Shown: positions 28,267-37,540 of the stretch, piece after piece
Layout: each line of letters begins with the position of its first letter
Numbering within the stretch: position 1 is the first letter of the stretch
Source of the DNA: an uncultured Alphaproteobacteria bacterium
Lineage (GTDB): Bacteria; Pseudomonadota; Alphaproteobacteria; Rhizobiales; Xanthobacteraceae
NCBI GenBank assembly: GCA_963820365.1
Contig: CAWFZR010000005.1
Coordinates: forward strand, 6,852 to 70,851
Direction: 5' to 3'
Length of the DNA stretch: 64,000 bases
Made by a program: the position numbers and the translations under genes
The notes under the pieces: generated by a model
Told to the model about the DNA's origin: nothing
Database searches by the model: none
What the model saw: only the letters and a program-made list of their open reading frames with translations

Positions 28267-29985
28267 ATGCACGACATCGTCATCCGCGGCGGCACCATCA
28301 TCGACGGAACCGGCAAGGCGGCCTTCACCGGCGACGTGGCGATCGCGGGCGCGCGCATTGCCGCAGTCGGCGGCCGGCAAGGGCCCGGCCGGCGTGAGAT
28401 CGACGCCGCGGGTCTCCTGGTCACGCCCGGCTGGGTCGACGCGCACACCCACTACGACGGGCAGGCGATGTGGGATCCGCTGCTGTCGCCCTCCTGCTGG
28501 CATGGCGTCACCACCGCGCTGTTTGGCAATTGCGGCGTGGGCTTCGCGCCGGTGCGGCGCGAGCATCGCGCGGCGCTGATGGATCTGATGGAAGGGGTCG
28601 AGGAGATCCCGGGGGTCGTGCTGGCCGATGGATTGAGCTGGGAATGGGAGAGCTTTCCTGATTTTCTCGACGCGCTGGAGCGCCGCCCGCACGCGATCGA
28701 TGTTGCGGCTCAGATCGCGCACCACCCGCTGCGCGTCTATGTCATGGGCGATCGCGCCATCCGGCTCGAGCCGGCCACGGCCGAGGACATCGCCGAGATG
28801 CGCCGCCTGACCGTGGAGGCGCTGCGCGCCGGCGCCTTCGGCTTCACCACGTCGCGCACGGATTCCCACAAGACGCCGATCGGCGAGATGGTCCCGTCGC
28901 GCTACGCCGCAAGCGAGGAGCTGCTGGGCATCGGCTTGGCGCTCGGCGAAGTCGGCGCGGGCGCCTTCGGCATGAACAGCGATTTCGACGACGAGGCGGA
29001 GGAGCTGACCTGGATGACGCAGCTCGCCAAGGAGACCGGCCGCCCGGTCTGGTTCCTGCTGACCGACCGCTACGAGGACCCCGCGCGCTGGCGGCGCCTG
29101 TTGACCGCGGTGCACGCCGCCCGCGCCGAGGGCGCAAACCTGACGGCGCAGATCGCCGGCCGGCCGATCGGAGTGATGCTCGGCATCGGCACTGCGCTCA
29201 ACCCGTTCTCAGTGCGGCCGAGCTACCGCCAGCTCGATGGGCTGAGCATCGCGCAGCAACGCGAGCGCCTGCGCGATCCGGCGCTGCGGCAAAAAATCCT
29301 CGCCGAGCAACCTTCGCAGGAGGAGGTGAACCGGCTCCCGCAGTTCCGCCAGCTCATCACGACGCGGTGGGACAAGTTTTTCGTCATGGGCGATCCGCCG
29401 GATTATGAGCCGCCCGACGAGATGAGCATTGCCGCCATCGCCGCGCGCGAGCGGCGCAGCCCGGACGAAGTCGCCTATGACTACCTCACCGGCGCGGCGA
29501 ACCGGTTCCTGTTCTTCCCGGTGGTGAACTACGTCAACGGCGATCACGCCGAGATCCACGAGATGCTCACCGACCCGGGCACGCTGCTCGGATTGAGCGA
29601 CGGCGGCGCGCACTGCGCCTCCATCGTCGACGCGGGGGTGCCGAGCTACATGCTTGCGCACTGGGGCCGCGACCGGCGGCGCGGGCCGCGGCTCCCGCTC
29701 GAGCTCCTGGTCAAGCGCCAGACCAGCGAGACCGCAGACTTCTTCGGCTTATGCGACCGCGGCCGGCTGGCGCTGGGCATGCGTGCCGACGTCAACCTGA
29801 TCGATTTCGAGCGCTTGCGGCTCTATCAGCCCGAGCTCGTGAACGATCTTCCGGCCGGCGGCCGCCGCTTCGTGCAGCGCGTCGACGGCTACGAGGCAAC
29901 GCTCGTTGCCGGGACGCCGATCTTCGAGCGCGGCGAGCACACCGGGGCGATGCCCGGGCAGCTGGTGCGCGCCGGCCGGGCGTAG
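28267..29985 (+). CDS. N-acyl-D-amino-acid deacylase (D-aminoacylase) family amidohydrolase
   Basis: MHDIVIRGGTIIDGTG...PGWVDAHTHYDGQAMWD...GVTTALFGNCG is typical of the family. 572 aa from ATG 28267. Confidence 0.85.
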   Translation: MHDIVIRGGTIIDGTGKAAFTGDVAIAGARIAAVGGRQGPGRREIDAAGLLVTPGWVDAHTHYDGQAMWDPLLSPSCWHGVTTALFGNCGVGFAPVRREHRAALMDLMEGVEEIPGVVLADGLSWEWESFPDFLDALERRPHAIDVAAQIAHHPLRVYVMGDRAIRLEPATAEDIAEMRRLTVEALRAGAFGFTTSRTDSHKTPIGEMVPSRYAASEELLGIGLALGEVGAGAFGMNSDFDDEAEELTWMTQLAKETGRPVWFLLTDRYEDPARWRRLLTAVHAARAEGANLTAQIAGRPIGVMLGIGTALNPFSVRPSYRQLDGLSIAQQRERLRDPALRQKILAEQPSQEEVNRLPQFRQLITTRWDKFFVMGDPPDYEPPDEMSIAAIAARERRSPDEVAYDYLTGAANRFLFFPVVNYVNGDHAEIHEMLTDPGTLLGLSDGGAHCASIVDAGVPSYMLAHWGRDRRRGPRLPLELLVKRQTSETADFFGLCDRGRLALGMRADVNLIDFERLRLYQPELVNDLPAGGRRFVQRVDGYEATLVAGTPIFERGEHTGAMPGQLVRAGRA

Positions 29986-30132
29986 AACGCCGCAGGCTGG
30001 CTCGCGCTCTTCACGAGACCCGACATCTGTCGGTTCCCTACCAAGGTGTTGGGTCTCGCAAGCGGCTCGACCCAACCTACCGCTGGGTGCATCGTAAACT
30101 GTTGCTCGATGAGAGGAGCGAGGAGACCTCCC

Positions 30133-30240
30133 ATGAAGCAGGCCATCGTTTCCCGCAGCCCCGACATCATGGGGGGTGCTGCAGTGTTCTCTGGCACAAG
30201 AGTGCCCGTGCAAACATTGCTTGACTATCACCCGCCGTAA
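30133..30240 (+). pseudogene. DUF433-like remnant
   Basis: MKQAIVSRSPDIMGGAAVFSGTRVPVQTLLDY matches the core of DUF433 (..GG.P.I.GTRI.V..IL..) and then stops. Overlaps the 3' end of the convergent TRAP permease gene. Confidence 0.4.
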
Positions 30241-31625
30241 AGCCTGTGCGGCAGCCAAGTCGCGAGCCCCGGCGCGAACCACAACACCACCAGCGCGCAT
30301 AATTGGATGAGCACGAAGGGAATGATCCCGACATAGATATGCGCGGTGGTGATCTCGGGCGGGGCAACGCCGCGCAGGAAGAACAGCGTTGGGCCGAGCG
30401 GGGGGTGCATGTAGGAGGTCTGCAGATTCATCGCCAGCATGATGGCGAGCCAGACCGGATCGACGCCCGGCATCTTGAGCAGCGCCGGCGCCACGATCGG
30501 CACCACCACGAAGATGATCTCGAAGGCGTCCATGATGAAGCCGAGGAGGAAGACCGCGATCATCACGATGATGATCGCGCCCGCCGTCCCGCCCGGCAGA
30601 TCGGAGAGCCCGCGCTGCACCATGTCGTCACCGCCCAGTCCGCGGAACACCAGGCTGAACAGCGTCGCACCGATCAGGATGAGGAAGATCATGCTGGTCA
30701 CCTGCGTGGTGCGCGTCATGACCGGAACGAACACGCGCAGGAATGCGCGGGGATCGAGCTTCAATGCGGCGAGCACGATGGCGCCGACCGCGCCGACGGA
30801 CGCGGCTTCCGTCGGCGTCGCCATGCCGGCGAGGATCGAGCCGATCACGGCAAAGATCAGAAGGACAGGCGCGATCAAGACCTTCACCAGGCGCAGCGCC
30901 AGCACCAGACCGCGCGGGCCGTCGCGGGCGGGCGGCAGCGCCGGCGATGCCTGCGGGGCAAGCACCGCCACGGCGATGAGATAAGCGAGATAGAACGCGA
31001 CCAACGCCAGGCCGGGAATGATGGCGCCGGCGAACAGGTCGCTCACCGTGACCGACGCCGGCGCGAATATGCCCTGCGAGAGCTGTGCGGACTGATAGGC
31101 GTTGCTCATCTGGTCGCCGAGCAGCACCAGCACGGTCGCGGGCGGAAATATCTGCGCCAGCGTGGCGGTCGCCGCCACCGTCCCGGCTGCGAGCCGCGGA
31201 TCGTAGCCGTAGCGGAGCATGCTCGGCAGCATGATCAGCCCGATGGTAACGGTGGTCGCGCCGACCACCCCCTTCGCCGCCGCCAGCAGCACGCCGACAA
31301 TGAGCACGGAGATGCCGAGCCCGCCCGGCAGCGAGCCGAACAGCCGCCCCATGGTCTCCAACAACTCCTCGGCGATTTGCGAGCGCTCCAGCATCACGCC
31401 CATGAAGATGAAGAGCGGGATTGCGAGCAGCACCTCGTTGGTCATCACCCCGACCATTCGCTGCGGCAGCGCGCCGAGCAGCGCGAAATCCAATACGCCC
31501 GCAAGCTGGCCGATCAGCGCAAAGGCAAGCGACACGCCGCCGAGCGTCAGCGCCACCGGATAGCCCGCAAACAGCAGCACGCAGACCGCGGCCACCATGA
31601 GCACGGCAATGATCTCGCCGCCCAT
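30228..31625 (-). CDS. TRAP transporter large permease (DctM family)
   Basis: 465 aa polytopic protein with DctM-like hydrophobic pattern. Coupled to the upstream small permease. Confidence 0.9.
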   Translation of the reverse strand: MGGEIIAVLMVAAVCVLLFAGYPVALTLGGVSLAFALIGQLAGVLDFALLGALPQRMVGVMTNEVLLAIPLFIFMGVMLERSQIAEELLETMGRLFGSLPGGLGISVLIVGVLLAAAKGVVGATTVTIGLIMLPSMLRYGYDPRLAAGTVAATATLAQIFPPATVLVLLGDQMSNAYQSAQLSQGIFAPASVTVSDLFAGAIIPGLALVAFYLAYLIAVAVLAPQASPALPPARDGPRGLVLALRLVKVLIAPVLLIFAVIGSILAGMATPTEAASVGAVGAIVLAALKLDPRAFLRVFVPVMTRTTQVTSMIFLILIGATLFSLVFRGLGGDDMVQRGLSDLPGGTAGAIIIVMIAVFLLGFIMDAFEIIFVVVPIVAPALLKMPGVDPVWLAIMLAMNLQTSYMHPPLGPTLFFLRGVAPPEITTAHIYVGIIPFVLIQLCALVVLWFAPGLATWLPHRLYGG

Positions 31626-32188
31626 CAGCGGCTCTCCGCACGCGCGCCGCCGGTGCGTTGCTTCGCCAGCACCAGCAGCGCACGCATCGCCTGGGAGATG
31701 CCCTGCAGTCCCATCAGCAGCGCGAACAGCGGAATGAGCGTCTTGAGGAGATAAACGAACGGCAGGCCGCTGGTTTCACGCGAGCGCTCGAAGATCGACC
31801 AGGAGCGCGCCACGTAGGGTAGCGCGAACAAGAGGATCACCGCCATGACGGGCAGGAGCAGGAGCAGCGAGCCGAGGAGATCGATGATCGCTCGCTGGCG
31901 CTCCGTAGCCTTGGAGTAGAGGACATCGACGCGCACGTGACCGTCCTGTTGCAGCGTCCATGCCGCCGCCAGCAGGAACAGCGCGGCATGGCCGTAGATG
32001 ATCGATTCCGAAAGCCAGATCGAGCCGATCCCGAAGGCATAACGCAACAGCACCACGGTGAACTGCATGAGCACGAGGAACAAGCTCAGCCACATGACCG
32101 CCCGTCCGATCGCCGCGACCAGACGGTCGATACGTTGCGCGGCAGCCGCAAGGCAGGGAGCAAAAGCCGCGCCTTCGGGGTTCGTCAT
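31625..32188 (-). CDS. TRAP transporter small permease (DctQ family)
   Basis: 187 aa with four hydrophobic helices, immediately upstream of the DctM gene. Confidence 0.8.
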   Translation of the reverse strand: MTNPEGAAFAPCLAAAAQRIDRLVAAIGRAVMWLSLFLVLMQFTVVLLRYAFGIGSIWLSESIIYGHAALFLLAAAWTLQQDGHVRVDVLYSKATERQRAIIDLLGSLLLLLPVMAVILLFALPYVARSWSIFERSRETSGLPFVYLLKTLIPLFALLMGLQGISQAMRALLVLAKQRTGGARAESR

Positions 32189-32368
32189 GCTTCGGCACGC
32201 TGGGCATGCATATGCGGCATCACCCTCGACTTCCCTCGCGACGCGAAGGATAATGACGACATTCGCCGGATCCCGTCCTCGGGATTGCTGCTCCTAGCCG
32301 AGGACCGATTATGACACAATGCAATGACGCGTTGCTGTGACCCCATGCAATGAAGGTTCGCAATTCCC

Positions 32369-32992
32369 ATGGCCGCACACGACCATGATCACGAGCACGG
32401 CTCGGAGCTCTCGGAGATGCAACTGCGCGTGCGCGCGCTCGAGACCGTGCTGACCGAGAAGGGCTACATCGACCCGGCGGCGCTCGATCTCATCATCGAG
32501 GCCTACGAAACCAAGGTCGGTCCGCACAACGGCGCCCGCGTCGTTGCCAGGGCGTGGAGCGATCCGGCCTTCAAGCGGGCGCTGCTCGACGATGGCTCGA
32601 AGGCGGTCCGCACCATGGGGCACGAGAGCCGGGTCGGCGACCACCTCGTGGCGGTCGAGAACACCCCGGCGCTTCACAACATGATCGTATGCACGCTGTG
32701 CTCCTGCTATCCGTGGGAGGTGCTAGGTCTGCCGCCGGTCTGGTACAAATCCGCCCCCTATCGCTCGCGGGCGGTCAAGGATCCGCGCAGCGTGCTCGCC
32801 GATTTCGGCGTCAAGCTGCCGCAGGAGACGCAAATTCGCGTCTGGGATTCGACGGCGGAGACGCGCTTCCTGGTTCTGCCAATGCGGCCTTCCGGCACCG
32901 AGGGCTGGAACGAGGAACGGCTCGCTTCGCTTGTCACCCGCAATTGCATGATCGGCACCGGCTTGCCCAAGAAACCCGAGGAGGCCGGCTGA
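32369..32992 (+). CDS. nthA: Nitrile hydratase alpha subunit, cobalt type
   Basis: Metal-binding claw VCTLCSCYPW. Thr in C-T-L-C-S-C marks Co-type enzymes (Fe-type has C-S-L-C-S-C). Confidence 0.95.
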   Translation: MAAHDHDHEHGSELSEMQLRVRALETVLTEKGYIDPAALDLIIEAYETKVGPHNGARVVARAWSDPAFKRALLDDGSKAVRTMGHESRVGDHLVAVENTPALHNMIVCTLCSCYPWEVLGLPPVWYKSAPYRSRAVKDPRSVLADFGVKLPQETQIRVWDSTAETRFLVLPMRPSGTEGWNEERLASLVTRNCMIGTGLPKKPEEAG

Positions 32993-32996
32993 TCAC

Positions 32997-33653
32997 ATGG
33001 ATGGCGTTCACGACATGGGCGGGATGGACGGGTTCGGGAAGGTCGTGCCCGAGCCGAACGAGCCGCCGTTCCACGCGGCGTGGGAAGGGCGCGTCCTCGC
33101 CTTGCAGCGGGCAATGTCCTTTGCCGGCGCCTGGCAGATCGACATGGCGCGCGCTGCGCAGGAACAGCTGCCGCCGCAGGTCTATCTCACCGCGTCCTAT
33201 TACCAGCGCTGGGAGCTGGCGATGGAGCGCAACGTGATCGACCGCGGCCTCGCCGATGCCGATGAGATCGCGGCCGGCCATGCGCTGCGCGAAGGCAAGC
33301 CGCTCGAGCGCAAGCTCACGGCGGACATCGTCCAGCAGGGCTTGACGCGCAGCTCGTTCTATCGCCAGGCCCTGGCGCCTGCCCGTTTCAAGCCGGGTGA
33401 CCGCGTGCGCGCGAGGAACATTCATCCGCCGACGCATACCCGGCTGCCGCGCTATGCGCGCGGCCGCGTCGGGGTGGTCGAGCTGGTGCATGGGTGCCAG
33501 GCGTTTCCCGATACGGTGGCCATCGACAAGGGCGACAATCCGCAATGGCTCTACACCGTGGTGTTCGAGGGCCGCGAGCTCTGGGGCCCGGGCACCGACC
33601 CGACCATCAGCATATCGATCGACGCCTTCGAGCCCTATCTCGAACCGGCGTGA
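32997..33653 (+). CDS. nthB: Nitrile hydratase beta subunit
   Basis: MDGVHDMGGMDGFG start typical of NHase beta. 4 nt downstream of nthA. Confidence 0.9.
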   Translation: MDGVHDMGGMDGFGKVVPEPNEPPFHAAWEGRVLALQRAMSFAGAWQIDMARAAQEQLPPQVYLTASYYQRWELAMERNVIDRGLADADEIAAGHALREGKPLERKLTADIVQQGLTRSSFYRQALAPARFKPGDRVRARNIHPPTHTRLPRYARGRVGVVELVHGCQAFPDTVAIDKGDNPQWLYTVVFEGRELWGPGTDPTISISIDAFEPYLEPA

Positions 33654-33660
33654 ATTCTGG

Positions 33661-34370
33661 TCGTCCCGGGCTACCGAGTTCTGATGGTCGTCCCGGGCGG
33701 CCGAGCGAAGCGAAGGCAGACCCGGGACCCATACCCACAGGCTGTGGTCACGGATCCCGGCGCGCGCTCCCGGCGGGTCAAACCCGCCGGTCGCTGGGCC
33801 GGGATGACGGCGACAATTAGTTCTCCGTCGTCCCGGGCTACCGAGCGAAGCGAAGGTAGACCCGGGACCCATACCCACAGGCTGTGGTTATGGAATCCCG
33901 GCGCGCGCTCCCGGCGGGGCAAACCCGCCGGTCGCTTGGCCGGGATGACGGCGACAACTAGTTCTCCGTCGTCCCGGGCGGCCGAGCGAAGCGAGGGCAA
34001 CCCGGGACCCATACCCACAGGCTGGTTATGGATCCCGGCGCGCGCTCCCGGCGGGTCAAACCCGCCGGTCGCTTGGCCGGGATGACGGCGACAACTAGTT
34101 CTCCGCCGTCCCGGGCGGCCGAGCGAAGCGAGGGCAGACCCGGGACCCATACCCACAGGCTGTGGTCATGGATCCCGGCGCGCGCTCCCGGCGGGGCAAA
34201 CCCGCCGGTCGCTTGGCCGGGATGACGGCGACAATTAGTTCTAGGTCGTCCCGGGCGGCCGAGCGAAGCGAAGGCAGACCCGGGACCCATACCCACAGGC
34301 TGTGGTCATGGATCCCGGCGCGCGCTCCCGGCGGGTCAAACCCGCCGGTCGCTGGGCCGGGATGACGGCG
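33661..34370. repeat. Tandem array, about 5.2 copies of a 137-141-bp composite REP-like unit
   Basis: Unit boundaries at 33688, 33828, 33969, 34106 and 34246. Each unit holds two nested palindromes (GTCCCGGG..CCCGGGAC and ATCCCGGC..CCGGCGGGTCAAACCCGCCGG..GCCGGGAT). No unique spacers. Confidence 0.95.
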
Positions 34371-34438
34371 AAGGGACTGTCAATGGCCCGCCAGTTTTAC
34401 GTCTACATCTCTAAGGCTCATTTGAGGGGTGAGGAGTC

Positions 34439-34855
34439 ATGAATTCCGGCGCTCGCTCGCAAAGCTCTTTCGATAGGGGCAGCGTCGCCGCGGCGCGGCA
34501 CGCGGCCGACGCGGTGCCGGGCATTCCGCGCGACCATGAAGGCCCGGTGTTCCGCGAGCCGTGGGAGGCGCAAGCCTTTGCCATGGCGCTCGCGCTCTAC
34601 GATCGCGGCCTGTTCACCTGGCCGCAATGGGCGGCGGCGCTCGCCGAGGAGATCAAGCGCGCGCAGGCCGCCGGCGACCCCGACACCGGCGAGACCTATT
34701 ACCGGCATTGGCTCAACGCGCTCGAACGGATGGTCGCGGCCAAGGGCGTGACCGATGCGCCCACGCTCGCCCGCTACCGCGACGCCTGGGACCGCGCCGC
34801 CGACCGCACGCCGCATGGCGTGCCGATCGAGCTTCGGCCGCAGGATTTCAGGTAG
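34439..34855 (+). CDS. Nitrile hydratase accessory (activator) protein
   Basis: 138 aa. ..EGPVFREPWEAQAFAMALALYDRGLFTWPQWAAALAEEI.. resembles the beta-subunit N-terminus, as NHase activators do. Same strand as nthAB. Confidence 0.8.
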   Translation: MNSGARSQSSFDRGSVAAARHAADAVPGIPRDHEGPVFREPWEAQAFAMALALYDRGLFTWPQWAAALAEEIKRAQAAGDPDTGETYYRHWLNALERMVAAKGVTDAPTLARYRDAWDRAADRTPHGVPIELRPQDFR

Positions 34856-34875
34856 GGACGGGTTTAAACCCGTCG

Positions 34876-36120
34876 CTACACCGGGGGCGCGTTGTTACGG
34901 TCAGCCGGCGTTTGCACATGCTCCGGCCGCACACCCATGCCGACGAGGCGCGCGGGGATGCGGCGCAGCGGGGCAAAGCGCGCGATGAGCCGCAGCGCAA
35001 GCGGCGCCTGCACCGCCTCCTGCCCGCGCAGCACGCGACCGATCACCCTGTTCTGCACGATCAGCTGCAAGCGCTGGGTGAGGCGGGTCGGAAACATGCG
35101 CCGCTTCTGCACCCGGTCGAGGTCTTCCTCGCGCAGCATTCCCGCCGCGAGCGGCCGCCACAGGATGTTTGCCGCCGCCACCGCGTCCTGCACCGCGAGA
35201 TTGACGCCGACGCCGCCGACGGGCGACATGGCATGTGCCGCATCGCCGATGCACAGAAGGCCCGGGCGGTGCCAGCAAGCAAGCCGGTCGACCGCGACCG
35301 TGAGCAGCTTGATCTGGTCCCAGTCCTTGAGCTCGCCGGCGCGGTCGGCGAACATCGGCATCCGCCGCGCGACGTTTTGCCGGAACGCCGGCAAACCGGC
35401 ACGGCGCGTTTCCTCCATGCCGCCCTTGCGGATCACGAAGGCGCACTGCCAGTAGTCGCCGCGGTCGAGCAGAATGGCGATGCCGCCTGCGCTGAACCGG
35501 CCCATGCTCTCACTCGGGTCGCCGGCTTTTTTCGGCAAGCGGAACCAGAGGACGTCCATGGGCGCGCCGAGATCCTCGCCCGTCAGCCCGGCACGCGCGC
35601 GAACGGTCGAGTGCCGCCCGTCGCAGCCGACGGTCAGGTCGGCACGCACCTCGAGCGATGCGCCGTCCGCCGCGTTGGCGCGCACGCCGGCGATGCGCCC
35701 GCCCTCCTCGATGAGATCGACCGCTTCCGCGCGCATGTGCAGATGAAATACGGGATATTTCCTGGCCTGATCGGCAAGGAAATTGAGAAAATCCCATTGC
35801 GGCATCAGCGCAATGAACTTGCAGCGGGTGGGCAGATGGGTGAAATCCGCCAAGGGGTATTCCCGATCGCCGAAGATAGCGCTGATGGTGGTCGCTTTCT
35901 GATGCGGCAGCTTGAGAAATTCGTCGAGCAGGCCGAGCTCGCCCATCAGCTCGAGCGTGGAGGGATGGATGGTGTCGCCGCGGAAATCGCGCAGGAAGTC
36001 GGCGTGCTTCTCGAGCACGATCACATCGACGCCGGCGCGCGCGAGCAGGAAGCCGAGCATGAGCCCGCATGGGCCTCCGCCGACGATGCAGCACCGGGTG
36101 GACAGCTGTTGGGCGGCCAT
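34876..36120 (-). CDS. FAD-dependent monooxygenase/oxidoreductase
   Basis: CCIVGGGPCGLMLGFLLARAGVDVIVLEK (GxGxxG Rossmann) and GDAAHAMSPVGGVG motif. Start chosen at ATG 36120. Confidence 0.85.
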   Translation of the reverse strand: MAAQQLSTRCCIVGGGPCGLMLGFLLARAGVDVIVLEKHADFLRDFRGDTIHPSTLELMGELGLLDEFLKLPHQKATTISAIFGDREYPLADFTHLPTRCKFIALMPQWDFLNFLADQARKYPVFHLHMRAEAVDLIEEGGRIAGVRANAADGASLEVRADLTVGCDGRHSTVRARAGLTGEDLGAPMDVLWFRLPKKAGDPSESMGRFSAGGIAILLDRGDYWQCAFVIRKGGMEETRRAGLPAFRQNVARRMPMFADRAGELKDWDQIKLLTVAVDRLACWHRPGLLCIGDAAHAMSPVGGVGVNLAVQDAVAAANILWRPLAAGMLREEDLDRVQKRRMFPTRLTQRLQLIVQNRVIGRVLRGQEAVQAPLALRLIARFAPLRRIPARLVGMGVRPEHVQTPADRNNAPPV

Positions 36121-36171
36121 TGGTTGCCCCTTGCGCGGTAGAACCCGCGACATTCGAATGCACGCGGCGCG

Positions 36172-37305
36172 CTAAATCCCGACCATTCGCTCGGTTACGA
36201 TATAGCCGGTGAGCAGGAGCGCGCCGAAGGCGATGATAACCGCCGCCGCGCCGACTTCGATGCCGCGCATCGCCAGCATCCCGTAGCCGGCACGCGTGTC
36301 GGCGAAGCGCTTGGCCCAGGACTTGGCGCCGACGGCAAGCGTGGCAATGATCGCAACCGTGATCGCGGTGCCGAGCCCCATCACGAAAGTCGAGACGACG
36401 CCCGCCCAGAACAATCCCTGCGCCAGCGCAAACACCAGCACCAGAATTGCACCGGAACACGGCCGCGCGCCCACGGCGACAATGGCGGAGAGGCCGCGCT
36501 TCCATCCGCCGGGGCCGGCGAGCTGGCCGGGTTCCGGCGCATGCGCGTGGCCCCATGCCGACGCGTCCTCCTCATGCGCATGATCATGATGATGGTTGTG
36601 ATGGCCGCGAGCGTGATCATGATGATGAGGATGGTCGTGGCGGTGACTGCCGCAATCTCGCTCCGCCATGGGCGTCGCCGCGGCGCTCAAGGCGGCCGGA
36701 CGATGCAGCGTCTGCGCGACGGCGATGAAGGCGCGCCCCTTCACCCAGAATAATCTCGCGCCGATGAGGACAATGAGCGCATAGCTTGAGATTTCGATCA
36801 CGTTGACCGCGCTTCGCATCGTGGCCGCGGTGGCGTTCAAGAGCGCCGCGGCAATGCCTACGACCACGACCGCGACCAGCGCCTGCAACAGCGCCGACGC
36901 GAACGAGAGCACCACGCCGCGCTTCCAGGTCTCGTCATTGGCGACGAGATAGGACGAGATGACCGCTTTGCCGTGACCGGGACCGGCGGCGTGAAAGATG
37001 CCGTAGAGAAACGACACCCCGAACAAGCCCCAGGCCGCGCTGCCATCTGTTTTGGCCGCGCGGATCAAGCCGGAGAACTGGCGGTAGAATTCCGCCTGCT
37101 TGGCGAAGATCCAGCCGAGCATGCCGCCCATGGGCGGAGCCGGCGCTTGCGAGCGAGGCGTGCCGAAGGGGCTCCCTTGCGCGAGCGCGCCGTCGATCAC
37201 GCCGGCCACGAGCAGAACGCAAGTGACAAGGCTCGCGAGCAACGCGATCCGGACGGTCAGTGAAGAGGGCAACCGCATATGACGAGAGGCCGGGGCCACG
37301 ATCAT
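36172..37305 (-). CDS. NicO/RcnA-family nickel/cobalt transporter with His-rich loop
   Basis: HAAGPGHGK motif. Loop HRHDHPHHHDHARGHHNHHHDHAHEEDASAWGHAH. Polytopic. Start may be 37305 or 37278. Confidence 0.85.
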   Translation of the reverse strand: MIVAPASRHMRLPSSLTVRIALLASLVTCVLLVAGVIDGALAQGSPFGTPRSQAPAPPMGGMLGWIFAKQAEFYRQFSGLIRAAKTDGSAAWGLFGVSFLYGIFHAAGPGHGKAVISSYLVANDETWKRGVVLSFASALLQALVAVVVVGIAAALLNATAATMRSAVNVIEISSYALIVLIGARLFWVKGRAFIAVAQTLHRPAALSAAATPMAERDCGSHRHDHPHHHDHARGHHNHHHDHAHEEDASAWGHAHAPEPGQLAGPGGWKRGLSAIVAVGARPCSGAILVLVFALAQGLFWAGVVSTFVMGLGTAITVAIIATLAVGAKSWAKRFADTRAGYGMLAMRGIEVGAAAVIIAFGALLLTGYIVTERMVGI

Positions 37306-37345
37306 TACATGCGCGAATTTGAAAATCGGGAAGCAGACGCGGTGT

Positions 37346-37530
37346 ACCTCCCCCTACAAGGGGGAGGTCGGCGAGCAAAGCGAGCCGGGTGGGGGTCGAG
37401 CGGTACGATCTCGCGCATCGAGGGGACCCCCACCCGACCGCCAAGGCGGTCGACCTCCCCCTTGCAGGGGGAGGTATACGGAGTGTGCTGCCCGGCATAT
37501 GCAATCGCCCTGCCTGCAAGGGGAAGGCTG
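37346..37530. repeat. Palindromic repeat cluster (CCTCCCCC..GGGGGAGG type)
   Basis: ACCTCCCCCTACAAGGGGGAGGT, GGGTGGGGGTCGAG...GGGGACCCCCACCC and GACCTCCCCCTTGCAGGGGGAGGT. Fills the gap between the DUF1007 and NicO genes. Confidence 0.7.
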
Positions 37531-37540
37531 GCAAAGGGGC

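Noticed and set aside
33671-34365. Several 65-160-aa ORFs in both strands across the repeat array (..VIPAKRPAGLTRRERAPG.., ..SRAAERSEGRPGTHTHRLW..), and similar ones at 8332-8686, 28061-28246 and 44378-44635
   Set aside because: They are translations of the repeats themselves. The same peptides appear wherever the repeat occurs, and the frames are not conserved between copies.
33661-34370. Regular 140-bp repeat array as a possible CRISPR locus
   Set aside because: The units abut each other with no unique spacers. The unit is far longer than a CRISPR repeat, is internally palindromic, and recurs as single copies elsewhere in the window. No cas genes are present.
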